Positions 1 to 14,352 of a DNA stretch of 64,000 nucleotides are shown in pieces. The notes beneath the pieces are model-generated. The model had not been told where the DNA came from, ran no database searches, and saw only the letters and a list, made by a program, of their open reading frames with translations. The position numbers were made by a program, and so were the translations under genes. Positions within the stretch are counted from its first letter, which is position 1, and every line of letters starts with the position of its first letter. The stretch is from Eledone cirrhosa (Eukaryota): NCBI GenBank assembly GCA_964016885.1, contig OZ024746.1, forward strand, positions 97,340,001 through 97,404,000, written 5' to 3'.

Positions 1-371
1 CGGTGGTTATTGTCTAACGTAGCAAGGATATAATATAACTTTTGAAAGAGATTAAGTCAACTTTAGGCTAAATAATGATTTCTACTATAGGCACAAGGCC
101 AGCAAATTTGGGGAAGGGGAAAGTCGATTAAATCGACCCCAGTGCCTTACTGGTACTTCATTTTATTGACCCCGTAAGAATGAAAAGCAAAGCTAATCTC
201 GGCAAGATTTGAACTCTAAATAGTGGTGATGAAGGGTTCTCCATTGGCTTCAATGATTAACATTCAGTTTTTTTAACTGAGCATCTGATTGTTGAATTAA
301 CAAGTAAAACAAGAAAGTGATTGAGTATTCCTGAAATATGTCTACCCTTAATATAATTATTGGGACGACTT

Positions 372-752
372 AGTGGCTGAAATGGGGTTCTTCTGAAGGG
401 TTTTTGGAGTAATGTTACTCAATAAAGTGCATAGATCGGAGATGAGAGAGTCACTCCAGGTAGAGCCGTTACTTCTGTGAATCAAGAGATCACAGCTCCA
501 ATACTATGGACATGTGGTTAGAATGTCTCAGGAAAGAATCACTGGACAGATTTTATGGGCAAAACCAACTGGCAGTGGAGCCTGAGCAAGATGGTAGGAT
601 AACATCCATGAGCTTGGCTGGTCTCACTTGGTGATCCAGCCAGATCAGTTGGAGATGGTTGCTTCTGACAGGACCTGCTGGAAGAAAGGAGTGTTTGAGG
701 AATCTGCTCCCACAGACCTCTCAGGAATAAGTGGGCGATAAAGAAGAAGAGT
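372..752 (+). mobile_element. Decayed 3' end of an RTE-clade LINE
   Basis: Degenerate EMGF..R / LQVEPLLL.IKRSQLQYYGHVVRM-like coding remnant ending in an (AAG)n tail; same family as 20270-20990 (-). Confidence 0.65.
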
Positions 753-896
753 ATGTGACATGACTGGTCCTTTTGAATTACAGATACAGCCCTTTCAATT
801 GGCTCCCAAACAGTTTCTATCTACTAAATTTTACTCACTGGCTTGGGTCAACTCAAAATCAATTGTTAAGTGGCTGAGAATTCCATAGGTGTGCCT

Positions 897-1153
897 TTAA
901 CTCTTTAGCATTTCCATCACTCTACTACTATATTTTCATGGTAATGGCTTTATTTCATATAATTAATTGTTTCTACTTTTGGCACAAGGTCAGCAATTAT
1001 ACCAGTGTATTACTGGTACTTTATTTTATTGACCCCGTAAGGATGAAAGGCAAAGTTAATCCCTAATTAATGTCAGTATGAGTGGCTGGTTATGACCGGT
1101 TTGAACAGAAAGAGGTGAGATAATTCTGGCCGGTTTAAATGTTAAAGGATTAA
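897..1153. mobile_element. piggyBac-like MITE (with SINE fragment inserted)
   Basis: TTAA|CTCTTTAGCATTT ... AAATGTTAAAGGA|TTAA; homologous to 17287-17500. Confidence 0.6.
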
Positions 1154-1725
1154 TGTTATTCTCAGAAAGATTCAGCATGTCATAGTGTATGACCAAGTCA
1201 GCCTTTTAAAATTATTGGTACAAGATATTTAACTGGATTCCAAACCTCCTCAGTTTCACTCAGAAGACTTTGTAGGATGAATGACACTTGTCCAAGATGC
1301 CACACCGTTGGAAGAAGCCAGTATATGATGTTAAAGCAAAATTCTTAACCACTTTGCAACACTTACAGCCACACCTTATCTACTGTAGTATGGACATCAG
1401 GGCCAGATTTAATTTTTGAATTTAATACCTGTATGTATAACTTTTCAATTCCAATTACTTACACCTAGCTAACTTTGATATATAAAATTGGGGGTGCTGT
1501 GTATTCTAAATTTTTGAGTTATGTGAATTTTATTGTTAACCTATCCAGGTTTAGCTGGTCATCTATGAAATCACATCTCATAGTTTTCTTAGGTCTTTTA
1601 TTGACATGCCACCCCAATCATGAAAATCAATGTGAAGTAAAGCATCTTGCTCAAGAACATAACATGCTACACAGTCTAAGAATTAAACCAACAAGCTTGT
1701 GATCATGAGTTCAACACCTTAACCA

Positions 1726-1930
1726 TTAAGTCACACACCCTAACCATTAAGTACACACCTTCACTGTTAAGTGAATGAGATATAAATCTCTCTAATACAG
1801 CTAATTTTCTCAGAAAACATCTATTATCTCTTCTCAGCTACATAACTGAAGCAATTTTAGTATTAAATGTCCTACTTGAAAATACACCCGAAGGAAATTT
1901 GAATTGAATCGCTGGCTGCTTTGTTTAAGT
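1726..1930 (+). repeat. ~190-bp local direct duplication (second copy 2985-3170)
   Basis: attaagtcacacacc...gaaggaaatttgaattgaatc is nearly identical at both positions. Confidence 0.85.
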
Positions 1931-2199
1931 TTTCATTAAACAGTCAGCAAAGTAATAAAGAGAATTAGCTGTAAATCAGGGATTATTTTCTCTTATTTGA
2001 GATTTGTTTGATTAACTCTCAATTTCCTGCACCATATGAGACTGCATTCACAAGATGTTGTTGATATACTCTTTTACCTGTTCCAGCCATCCAGCTGAGG
2101 CCATGCTGGAGCACCTTATAAATCTACAGTATGGCTGCATTACATTAAAAATAAAAGACTTTACTCTAATACTGAAAATGTTCACAACTAGTAAAGATG

Positions 2200-2458
2200 G
2201 TGGAGAATCAATCAACAAGATCCCAGACCTCACTCGCTTGCTGAGTGGTGTGGACCTAGTCAAATCAGACCAAGGAAACAATATTTCCATTGGTCTTTCC
2301 ATTCCTGATACTATCTACCAGTCACAAATCCTGGCAGGAGGAGCAATGTGAAATAAAGTGGCATGCTCAAGGTCACAACACATCACCCAGTCTGAGAATT
2401 AAACTCGTAACCTCACGATTGTGAATCCAACTTTCTAACCACTAAACCATATGCCTTC
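2200..2458 (-). mobile_element. tRNA-derived CORE-like SINE with alternative tail (related copy 30817-31012)
   Basis: A/B-box-like head and CCTTGAGCA..CACTTTATTTCACATTGCTCC core; the tail GGAAAGACCAA.GGAAA.ATTGTT is shared with 30817-31012. Confidence 0.6.
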
Positions 2459-3859
2459 AAGTAAAGATACAAGAAGTTTTTAGATATTTTCTGGAAATTC
2501 ATTTCAGAATTTTAGGAATTGGATTCACAAATTGCAATATCCTAGAACATTTGCATTGGCAAAATACAAATAAAAATAACATAATATATATTGCTCCAAC
2601 CAAAATGTATTATTAAAAAAAATGGAATAGCTAATTCAGTGATTACATCGCTTTATCTGCTAGAGGTTATATGGAAATGCATTCAGTCATAAATGTCAAG
2701 ATAGCAGATAACTGGAATCTCAATCTTTAATATCTAATCAATGAAGCCTCTGTTTAAGGCATGTTAACAAATGAAATTATCTAGACCAATATTTAACAGA
2801 TTAATTTTGTTTTCCTGGAACATTTTTTGTATCTCAATCTGGTGAACAGATTTGCATATTTGAATTTTAATGAAGATTTATTATGTAATGATTTATTTGC
2901 ATAACGAGCTTTGCATAACCTTAGGTTATTTATAGCATCTAATATTTTACTTACAGAAAGAAAACTCAAATGTTTATTTAAACAATTAAGTCACACACCT
3001 TCACTGTTAAGTGAATGAGATATAAATCTCTCTCTAATACAGCTAATTCTCCCAGAAAACATCTGTTATCTCTTCTCAGCTACATGAACTGAAGCAATTT
3101 AGTATTAAATGTCCTTCTTAAAAATACACCTGAAGGAAATTTGAATTGAATCAATGAGTTTTGTTTAAGTATCTTGAATAAATTACAAATAAATCATTTC
3201 ACTTTATTTTGCTAGACATAAAAATATGTCTGCATGCACTGATTCCTAAAAATGTTATCTGTTGAAACAAAATAAATATCTTGTTTATGACTCAAGATTT
3301 TATATACAGAAAGGTACCTCATATCATGTCCATCAACATTTCTGGGAATAAGACACCATAAAATATTAAATGGAAGAACTAAATAACACTTTCTGAAATC
3401 AATATATTATTGATTTCTAAATTAGAGATAAGGCCAACAACCTTAGTAATTGACTGGTACTTTATTTTATTGACTTCAGAAGGATGAAAGGTAAATTTGA
3501 ACTATTTGGGATTTGAACTCAGAACATACAGAGATGGAACAAATGCCACAAGGCATTTTTTCTGATGCTTTAACCACTATCCTTTTCTAATATATAATTA
3601 TTATTAATTATTAAAAACTATTTTCTTTTTCCATTTTCAGTAACTTAATACATGTCATCTTGTTGTTGTATTACATATGCACAGTGGCTAAAGAGGCAGG
3701 TTGAGACTGGCGAGCATCATTTGCAGTATTATGGATAGCTTCCAGGTTGCTGGGAAACATCTGAGGTGGCAATCCTGAACAACATACCTTGAAAAGATGC
3801 AGCTACATTCCAGATCTGTTAACTATAAGATATATGTTGAATCTTCATCATTACTGATG

Positions 3860-4135
3860 ACAGATATTCCAGTTGTTTGATCAATGGCACATCCTGTTTG
3901 CTTGCAAAATTAACATGCAAGTGACTGAGAATTTTACAAACATGTGTACCCTTAATGTAATTCTCAGGGTGATCCAGCATGATACTGTGTGACATGGCTG
4001 GCATTTCAGATTATAGCTACAACTCATTTTATCCAGCTGAGTAGACTGGAACAATGTGAAATAAAGTATTCTGCTCAAAGACACAATGAGCCACTAGGAA
4101 TCCAATTCACTGTCTAACACCAAGCCATACACCTC
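3860..4135 (-). mobile_element. CORE-like SINE, third tail type
   Basis: Core TTTGAGCAGAATACTTTATTTCACATTGTTCCAGTCTACTCAGCTGG; fragments of the same tail at 225-360, 750-800 and 5150-5290. Confidence 0.55.
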
Positions 4136-5802
4136 ACCCAACTATTTTATATAGTTTGTAGTCAAATCCCTTGAGTTGGTTTGTTGTGATAGAAATATTC
4201 CTTAACATAATGTAAAATTGAAAATGTGATGTGGAAGTGTTTAGTAATATCTTAACACAAAGAAAACAAATTCAGTAAATGAATGAACTGGAATTCAATG
4301 TTATAGCCTGAACATTAGATCAAGATACCTGCTTCAACAGATTTCATTAACTTAATTATACAACATTTATACAATATATGAGTTGAATTCCCATGACATT
4401 CATCTTTGATTTTAATCTAATTTAGCCTTTCATTAAATACAATCCCCAAAGGTAAGATTATAGGTTAATTTCTTACAATTACACTTTTGCTCTTTAAATT
4501 CAATTTTGTAATAACTGAAAAAAAAAAGAATTTACAATCAACTGACTCTTTACATATGAAATCTAATGCAATGTTACCTGGTGATAATTGAAGCCTTAAT
4601 AAATACCATGATACCATTACTAAAAAGTATAATGCGATAAAAGAATATGGACTAGTGGTTAGAGTGTTGGGCACTTAATTGTAGGGGTGTGAATTCATGC
4701 ACCAGGCAGTGTGTTGTGTCCTTCATGATGCTCCACTCCAGTCAGCTGGAAAAAATGAGTCACCACAACACTGGTGCCACTAAGCCTTTCCCTTGGACAA
4801 CATTGGTGACATGGTTAGCAGTGACTGGCAAGCACAGGTGACAGCTGGTTTTCTACAAAATACCTTGCCCAAGCTCAAACCTTGGAGAGGAACTTTGCAG
4901 GTGTAATCCCATAGTCAGTGAGAGGGGCTTCATGTCGATTGATGAAAACAATTGAGTAATCATTTGTTAAGAAACCACGACTCTATCACCTTAGAGCTCA
5001 TAAAAGTTTGATGTCTGAAAAGTTAGACCCATTAGCTTTTTGTTTTCCAATATAACACACAAATTGTCTTTTGGTAAAGAGAGACATGATTAACTAATCA
5101 AGTATTTAATGAAATGTAGCATGCAAACCTCTCGGCTAAATTTTATTCATGGCACATTATGTCTTTGAGCAAGGCAATTTATTTCACATTGCTGCAGTTC
5201 ACTCAGCTGGAAAAACCATGAGTTGTACTCACAATTTCAAGGGCTAGCCTTGCCATACAGTATCATGCTTAATCTCCCTGAGAATTTGTTTTGATAATAC
5301 TATCTTGACTTTATATTACTTTAAAGTTACCTAGCAAAGACCATGACTAATTATTATGACTAATTATTTTTGATATCATTGGTGTAATGCTCGATGGTGA
5401 TATGATAGCCTTATTTTTGCACGGTGAATTGGCAGCATCAGTAGAGGGTCAGACACCATGCTTTACAGCATAGAGTGATGGCCCTTTAAGTTCCCGTTCA
5501 AATTTGCCTTTCATCCTTACGGGGTCGATAAAATAAAGTACCAGTAATCCTCTGGGATAATTGCTTGCCTTGTGCCAAAAGTAGAAACAATTATTTTTGC
5601 AACATCTCTTCATAGATCAACAGATTATAATATGGATTCAAATAGAAGGAATTTATTGAGGAAAGCAAGAATTTTAGGTAACTATTAATAGCCAATGATC
5701 ATTACCAATGTTAGAGCAATGCCAATCATTAAAATATGTTTTGTTTCAAGCATCACTGAAAATTAATCCCATGAAAAATACCTAAATTGACTATTTAAAA
5801 TT

Positions 5803-5990
5803 AATTGTTTCTACTTTAGGCACAAGGCCAGCAACTATCCAGTGCCTCACTGGTACTTTATTTTATCGACCCCGTAAGGATGAAAGGCAAAGTCAACCTC
5901 GGCGGGATTTGAACTCAGATCGTAAAGGGACGTAACTATGCTAGAAAGCATGGCGTCCGACCCTCTACCGATACTACCAATCCACCGCCC
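5803..5990 (-). mobile_element. SINE family A, full length with 15-bp TSD
   Basis: Head GGCGGTGGATTGG..GAGTTCAAATCCCGCC (A/B boxes), central GCCTTTCATCCTTACGGGGTCGATAAAATAAAGTACCAG, tail GGCCTTGTGCC.AAAGTAGAAACAATT; flanked by the direct repeat ctatttaaaattaat. Other copies at about 75-215, 3410-3580, 5421-5592, 8783-8975, 16530-16716, 24693-24790, 27331-27517, 29730-29915, 37668-37856, 38748-38935, 44753-44938, 46292-46460 and 57631-57818. Confidence 0.9.
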
Positions 5991-8713
5991 TATTTAAAAT
6001 TAATCCTAGAAAATTAGTATCCTAGGATAAAACAGAAATGGGAATATAATCTACTTTACTAAATATATTTGTCAACTAGAATAAACCCCCATTCAATTCT
6101 ATACATGTTTCACAACCTGCCACATCTCTGCAGACTTTAAATTCAATATTCTGACCACTGTTAATATCAGCAGCTGCCAAATGCCTGCTTGTCAATCAAT
6201 GTAGCCCTTTCCATCTTCCACAATAAGGATTCACTCAGCAACATGGAAATGCTAATCTTACTAAAAATATTTGTCAATTCTATTCTCATCAAACTGATCA
6301 AGCTGACCTATTATAAAATACATTTCAGCCATTCCTTCTATTTTCTTAACATACTGTATCCAAATGTTTATTATTTAATGCATTTTTTTTTCTTTTTCAA
6401 GCGAATAAGGTATGATATGTGATATATTTAGCTGCTATTTCTAGTAGGTCAAACAGCCATATAAATGTGCTGTTCTTGAATTGTTTGAATTTATTGGAAG
6501 ATTGATGTGTGTTGTCATACTTTATATTAAATACACACAATTTAGTTAACTAGAAAACTATAGAAACTGAAGTGTTTATTCTAAACAATTACTCTTTTAT
6601 CCTACTGGTTCAAAATACTTAGATTCTGGGTTCTGCTAGTGTGAAACAGGTGATTGAGTATTAAATCTAATAACCAGTGTTTTATGTCACATGACAAAGG
6701 TAAAAGAGTTAACCAAAAAATGTCACAATGTCATTGGCCTTATTACGAAGGTACACTTACAAATCTATACAACTCTTCTTTATTCTTGAAAAGAACATGA
6801 CCATAGTATATTATCTTACACATATATACCTCCAACCATTTAATTATTGACACTTTCAATTATAAATGAATGCCATCTTATTTCCTCCTTCCTTCAGATT
6901 TCTTTCAAATTTAATAATCAAGGGTCTCTTATTCGTAATATTACGTTATTAGGGGGCTAACTCCAGTCATCATTCACAATCGGGTATGACATTTTAGTAT
7001 GTACTATGCTTTTCCTAAGGGTTTTAGGGGTTCAACACAACAGATAATTAGTTGTTACAATTAAAGAGCTGTAAAGATTCATTAGTTTAGTTATATGTAT
7101 TTTTTTTTATTTAAGATATTATGATATAAAATTTTCTAAATTGAAATAATTTAAAGATTTCTACATTGAAGTAATTCTGTAGAAATTATGATTTTATGAG
7201 ATAAATTCTTATATCATTTTGTGAGATACATTTATAACATAAAACGTTCATAATGTCTAAATTCTCACAGAGAAAAGAATCAGGTCTTAAAATAAATATT
7301 TTGCCTTACCAGATAGTATATATGTTATTTGAAATCTTAATGATTAAGATAAATAAACCTACATGACACTATAACTTACAGCATCAAACTGTAATTAACG
7401 TTTGACAATGTAATTGTATCTTTAAAATATCCATAGTTTCTAATTCTGTATAGTTAGATAAATTATTGTTCATATATAAATAAAAGTTTTATTGTAAGAA
7501 AATATTTCAATTTAAACTTAACAATGAATTGTAATTCATATGAGAATTATACAATGATGTAAACAGGAGCATTTTGTATTGAAATAATAACTGTATATGT
7601 TCTTAAACATATATTTGTACTACACATGTATTCTACCTCAATTTAGCCAGCAAAGATATTTATTGGAAGTAACAACTATTGTATGAAGAAATTACAATGT
7701 ATTCACATTTTGTTTTCATATATTTATTTTTAAAATAAATTCAATTTATGATGAATATGAATATGTATTCCAATGAAATTAATTTTAAAAAATAAACAAA
7801 CACTACTAAATATGATCATAAAAAATTACAATCTGACAAATAACATAGCTTTTAGAAAAAAAGCAGAGTATATTAAAATATACATAACCATTTATATTCA
7901 GTCAACTCAAATATATAAAGCAAGGAGGCTGAATGTGAAACAAAGTAAGTCATTGAAAGATTTGTTATATGAAGAGCATGAAACAAAAAAAAAAGAGATT
8001 ATAAATAAAATCTAGAAAGAATTATGAAAAAACAATTCAGAGCTTATGTCAAACTTACCTAATAACGATTGGCATATATTTAACAATATTACATTAGATA
8101 CTAACAAGAATAAAACACACTACATTTCTTTTCTGTGAAATTGAAGTTATGAAAATATGCAGTTTTATACAACCTTAATATATATATATATTTTTAAAAT
8201 TTCTATTTATAATTAAAGCATGTTTATAGAAACATTTCTTTTCAAGGAAAACAAGGAGACGAAATTTACTAAAATCAATATCTAAAATACTTATTTGAAA
8301 TCCAATATCATTAATAACCAATAAAATATTGATTATAGAACCTATTCGTTTTTTATAGAAGAATAAATATGAAATATTTCAATTTTATTTTGGAACAACT
8401 AAGATGAGTACCAGTTTCTTTCTTCCACATGGACATTTTTAAAAATGAAATGGAAATCAAGAATCAAAATGTTATTAGAAAATTTACCCCTGTTATTCAG
8501 AATATCAAAATCTTATAACCTATGATAATAAAAACAAAGTTATATATCTAGCTTATTCCTTTATATGATTGTTTCATTCTTATATGTTATGCTTGGTATA
8601 ATTATTTGGTGCCAACTCAATTGACAGGTAAGCTCAACTTCACACCATATTGGTTTAAAAAGTTTTCACTGTCCAATTGAAAATAATAATAATAATAATA
8701 AATGCAACAATAA

Positions 8714-8778
<65 letters not shown>
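8714..8778. repeat. (TAG)n microsatellite
   Basis: Directly visible. Confidence 0.95.
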
Positions 8779-9498
8779 ATTATAATTGTCTCTAATTTAG
8801 GCACAAGGCCAGCAATTTGAAGGAGAGGGGAAAGTCAAGTAAATCGACTCTAGTACGTTACTGGTGCTTTATTTTTCGACCCCATAAGGATGAAAGGCAA
8901 AGTTAACCTCAGCGGAATTTGAACACAGAATGTAAAGGGACGTAACTATATGCTACAAAGCCTATTGTTCAACACTAGCAATAAAAATGATAATAACAAT
9001 AATAACAAAAAATAAAAATAATGATATTAATAATAAGTTGAAGATACAAAATTACTATTAATTCTGAAGAAAATATTGGCTGATCAACTTAGAAGAATTT
9101 ACAACAGTTCATATTTAGTGAGTGACAATCAGATCTGTTATCAAAATTTCCATTTTTTTAACTTTCTTAGTAGCAGAAATGATTATTAAAAAAATTTTAA
9201 GCATGAATATATTTCGTGATCAATACTCCATGAAAAATACATCAAAATATATTGGTACTAACATGGTTCTTTTAGACAACATCCTAAAAAAAGTGCTGCA
9301 TTAAAAACATGCACTGAACAAAGAAAGTTCTAGATGACAACATAATTAACAATCTATAAACATCTTTTAATTGAATAAATATGTAAAAAGTGATGGAAAT
9401 ACGTCTAGTACTAGAAAATTAGAAGAAACAATGTAATTAGAAAAATAACATAGATTAATTAATATTTAAAATTAATTTTGAATATTAATTAAAAAAAT

Positions 9499-9504
9499 AC
9501 TTAC
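9499..9504 (-). other. 5' splice donor GTAAGT (phase 1) of the agrin-like exon
   Basis: Minus strand reads AAA TGT G|GTAAGTATT immediately after the last Kazal cysteine; the read-through ORF stops a few codons later. Confidence 0.85.
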
Positions 9505-9883
9505 CACATTTCCCATAATATTTTACTCTAATGTCCTTCATTTCTTGGCAAGCTGCTTTACGCATCTCACACATGTTGCTATAGTCTACTCCATCATTTC
9601 CACAAACTGGGGTGCTACCAATGTTGTCACCGTAGGTGTTGCAGCGGTTGGGACACTGGCATCGGTAACTGTACCCATCTAAAGAGGGTACACACTGAGC
9701 ACCAAAGCTACACTTCTTCTGTTCACATGGGTCCTTCATATCTGCTGGGTAAACGTAACAGGCATTAGCCGGTTGAAAATTGCACAGGCTGAACAGGCAC
9801 AGTAAAATCAATGTAAATAGGGAGGAAAACGTAATGACTTCGAATGAAAATTTCCGAAGTGACAATTTGAAATCCTGGTACAT
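9505..9883 (-). CDS. AGRN: First coding exon of an agrin-like gene: signal peptide + follistatin-N/Kazal module
   Basis: ORF MYQDFKLSLRKFSFEVITFSSLFTLILLCLFSLCNFQPANA-CYVYPADMKDPCEQKKCSFGAQCVPSLDGYSYRCQCPNRCNTYGDNIGSTPVCGNDGVDYSNMCEMRKAACQEMKDIRVKYYGKC: hydrophobic leader, then a 10-Cys follistatin pattern with Kazal PVCGxDGxxYxNxC. The CYxxPxDxxDPC...YGDxxGSxPVCG signature matches my recollection of invertebrate agrin N-termini. In-frame TAA 36 nt upstream of the ATG; the exon ends at a canonical G|GTAAGT phase-1 donor. Confidence 0.85.
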
Positions 9884-11495
9884 CCTTCTGTTCTCAGCAT
9901 CAACTTTGGATTGTTGTTATCTTTCTAATTAGAAAATGTTTTGAAAATAATATCCTATAGGAACAGTTTTTGTATTTACAATGGTAATAATAAATGTAAT
10001 AATACCAGCATAATTTTTTTTCAAGGTAAAGGTTGTAGATATAAATATATATATATGAGCTTGTGTGTGTTATTGCATATACATATATAAATATCTGTCT
10101 TCACTTTTTTAAAGTATTAGAAATTCTTCAGTAGCAATTCAATTCACTTGTTTACTGTGTGTGCTAAATGTTGACTACAATTTTAAAAGCTTTGTTATAT
10201 TCTTTTTAAAAATGAAGCTTTCTGTTGGCTAAATTAAATACCGTGGGTATCTATTTGTGTCTTGTGTATCTAAGAAAGCATTTTATGGGTTAAATAAATG
10301 TGTAAAAATTTACTCTTTTGACTTGCTTTGATGTTAGGTGAATATAAATGAAAGGATTTAGTATGAACCTATAGATGTCACAAAGTCAATAATAAACATT
10401 TTGGTAGGTAATAAATCTTGAGAATTTTAGTACAATAGTACACATGAAAATCAGAATAATATTGCTGCTCCTTGAACAACAAATGGGGAAAGTCCAAATG
10501 CATCACTTTTTTCTCTTTTGTTTACTTAACTCTGTGTTGTCAGGAGTATTGATATGAGCTGGTGGTAATAAAAGACATCCTACTAGTAGAAGAAAGAGCA
10601 GCAAGTTGAGCTTGCTTGATGTTTCGTAGCATTCTAACATTAATCAAATTACCACAGCAACGACAGTAAATAATTTCTCAAATTGCATTCATAACTAGAT
10701 TGGTAGGTTTAGAAATGTTGTTAGTAAATTCATCTGTTGTAAGAGCAGATCGGAGATCTCAATTAGAATGGTGATGGCAGAAATGAAAGAAAATTAAAGA
10801 GGAAGAAGTAGAAAGTGATACAGATGATAATAGCAATGTAGAGAATCAATAAGAAAGAGGTGAGAAAGAAAAGTGAGCTCTTTATAAATAACAATGTCTA
10901 TTGAACGTTATCCCCATTCTAGTAGTCAGAGTAATTGCAGTAGTACGGTGTAGTGAAATGATGTTGTATCATTAAATATTTAACGTTTCACTTCATAAAA
11001 CATTCGCTTTGTGGTTCAGTTTTACATTTTCATTGTCTCCTTCAGTGATCTGGATTAAAATAGTGTTGCTACTCCAAGTAATATTACAAATCAACAGCTG
11101 CTTTTCATATAGTTCTGATAGAAGCCAGAGTGTTTTTTTTCTTTTTGGTATGGTAGTAAGTGAGCATTAGCATATTCTTCTTTCCTAACCAGTAGCCTTT
11201 AATGTCACATTTCATTAGGCTTAGGTGTTAGAGAGATTTTTTAAAAATCTACAAAATACTCAGTAGATTAGAATGTTCAATAACCACCTGACTACTTTCA
11301 CTGTTGCTTATGTGACCAGCCGTTCTGTTCTGCTAGTGTCGATTTGCCATAGCTACATGCTAAATGTTGCAGTAGCAGCAGTAATATTAGCTGTGGCAGT
11401 CTTGCTTCTTATACACATACTCCCCATACCACCTCAGCAAGCAATTGTCTCACAGAGTAGAGTGTGGTGCTTTCTGTCAGCTAGGAAGCCAAGGA

Positions 11496-11549
<54 letters not shown>

Positions 11550-12272
11550 ATATATATATATATAGCTGAAGCAACCAACAAGATGATAGTAAGCAGGGAA
11601 TAGAGAAAATCTGTAACAAACAGTGTATTTCTCTGTAAACACTGCTTTATTCCTTCCTTCTCATTCAAACAGTGGGAAATAGAATCAATATTTGCTCTCT
11701 GCTATAGATCTTTATTTCGTTTTTTTATTTTTTATTGGGAATATGAATTCAAAATAGTTTATAATGTGAAAAATTGAAATGAGAATACCTGCCTAATAAA
11801 TATGGTAAATATTTTTCTCAGGTAATAGTAATGAAAAAAGCTTATTTAGCTTCAAAGCATTTCCATTACTTTTATTTTCATTATACATATGTGCAACACA
11901 CTGCGCGTTGATTGCAATTTTTCTTGTCAATGAAACTAAGAGACTAAATATAAGAGCGAAGAATTATTGAGGTAGGGTAGAAAGGTGATTGAGGTAGTCA
12001 TTGGGTATTTTGAGAAATAATCTATTTAAATGAAGGGAGGGAATAGCAAGTTGGCTTTAGGGGAGAATGAAGTTATTGATTTGTTTTATTACCAAGCAGT
12101 TCAGTTGGAATATTCATTTTCTAAATGTATTGGCTAGCTGTAATACTTTCTAAATGAAATGTTCTAATAATGCACACTTTTCATTGCATATTTGCAATAT
12201 ATATTGTTACATATCATTATCAACATATATATATATTTCTCTCTCTATATATATATATATATTATACATATT

Positions 12273-12315
<43 letters not shown>

Positions 12316-14172
12316 GAGAGAGAGAGACTGTGTGTGTGTGTATTATTTCTATTTTAATGTCACTGGTATTAACAGACATGACAGCTGCATGCATATGTTA
12401 TTAAATCATAGAAGAAACAAAATTGAAAATATGTTTGAGAATGATGAGAAAACTTCAAACCACTTCTGCTACTGTAAAAAAAATAACAATTGATGAAATT
12501 GAAGTGTAGTTATGGCATTATAACTGGGAAAATAATGCATATTTTGAAACATTATCTGTCATGGCTACCACAATAGGTGAGCTGCTACTGTCTTATCTTC
12601 AGTATTGTTAATCAATAAACTCTTACAATATTTATGATAGAGTAGAAAACAAAATCTCACTGTATTTATCGTGAAACAAAAAGGAAAAGAAAAGACAAAG
12701 AAACTACTTAATTTAAGGTCATGTTTGTATGACAATGTAATGGAATAGATGGTGTGAGCGCTATTTCCAGTTTAGAAAATTATCACTTTCTATAGACATC
12801 AAAATTGTACGTGTCATCATACATATTTGATACCCACACATATACATACAATAGCTACACACACATGCACACACACACACACACTCATAATCAGATAGAA
12901 TATTTTTAATTATAGTATAATGAATATTCTTTATATATTAGTTTCATTTTTAGATAATGAAATAATGATGATTTCACAAATTCTGTAACAATATGGTAGC
13001 TTTTTTTTCACAATACAAAGTAAAAAGATAAATTTTGAAACATTTGAAGAAACTAATTAGACTAATATCATCAAATTAACTAAAATGTTTTTGTTCCTTC
13101 TCATGGATATAACTAGAGTGTGACAGGATGGAACCTTTAGTCATATTATGAAACATATTTAGACTAGCTAAATATGTTCCATAAGTTGTATTCAAACCAG
13201 TTACATATAGAATATTTGGAAGAATTTCTTTAAGTATTTAAAAATGTATGTTGTTATTAGAGTAGACAGGCATATAATTTCAATAAAAGTGAATGCATTA
13301 TTTTATAAGAGCAATAGATACACATGCATCTGATAATTACACACATCAAGCTGCTGCTATGAATATGTGCAATACATTTTTTTTAAAAAGATAGGCATAT
13401 GGGGGGGGGGGTCTTGAAATGAAAAGCTACAAACAAACAAGAAAACCATTACAATATCCTACAAACTTTACAACAAATCAACAATTTTATTGTATTATAC
13501 TGCATATATTCCACAAGAATAAAATCCCCTATATGATGGATTAAAGCATTGAATATAAACAGGATAGAACCAGAGAAACACAAAGAAATTATTTAATACA
13601 ATATTTTGATACAAATTATATAAAAGAACTCTGTTCTATAGATGACAACTCTTTTGTTCTTGAAAATGAGACCCTAAGAGATTTCAACATCACTAATAAT
13701 GGTAAAAGAAACATTACAAAATGATATTCTACATGTTACTCTGTTGAGGGATGAAGATTTATGAAAAGCAAAATATATTTTCCCCAAATATTCTATACAC
13801 TTGCAAATTAAAAAAAAAAAGCTTAGCTTGCATTACAACTGCTAAAAGGAAGATAATAAAAGGATTCGTGCAGCTATTTTATTATACATCTAAGGATGCA
13901 ATAATTAAAAAACAAACAGTTCTGGCAAAGGAAAACAAACACAATTTTCTGAATGTTATTGTACAAAAGATGATCCAAATTTGCTTGTAGTATGCTCTGG
14001 TGGAGAAGTTAGCAGATTATTTCATAGCAATGCTCTAAAACCAAACAAGAACCTTAGATTCAGTGAAAGGTTCATTGATGTTGCATACTTCAGTTTTTGT
14101 GTGTCAATACAGATTCATGCTTAAAGTCACACATTTTATTGTATCTGTTTTTAAAAGGAAGCATATATGAGA

Positions 14173-14352
14173 TAATTGTTTCTACTTTTGGCACAAGGCC
14201 AGCAATTACCCAGTGTATTACTGGTACTTTATTTTATCGACCCCATAAGGATGAAAGGCAAAGTTGACCTCGGCGGGATTTGAACTCAGAATGGCAAGGG
14301 CCGTAACTCTATGCGTCAAAGCATGGCGTCCGACCCTCTACCGATATTGTCA
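14173..14352 (-). mobile_element. SINE family A with TSD atatgagataat
   Basis: Same consensus as 5803-5990; the direct repeat is present on both flanks. Confidence 0.9.

Noticed and set aside
3855-3900. Other CUGANGA hits (3855, 9064, 25696, 27057 -, 37349 -, and within LINE ORFs)
   Set aside because: No stem II + GAAA + NUH + stem I arrangement.
1-9498. Second agrin exon (expected to begin ..AG|AY CCN TGY, D-P-C)
   Set aside because: No Cys-rich follistatin-coding segment found on the minus strand; the intron probably extends beyond the window.
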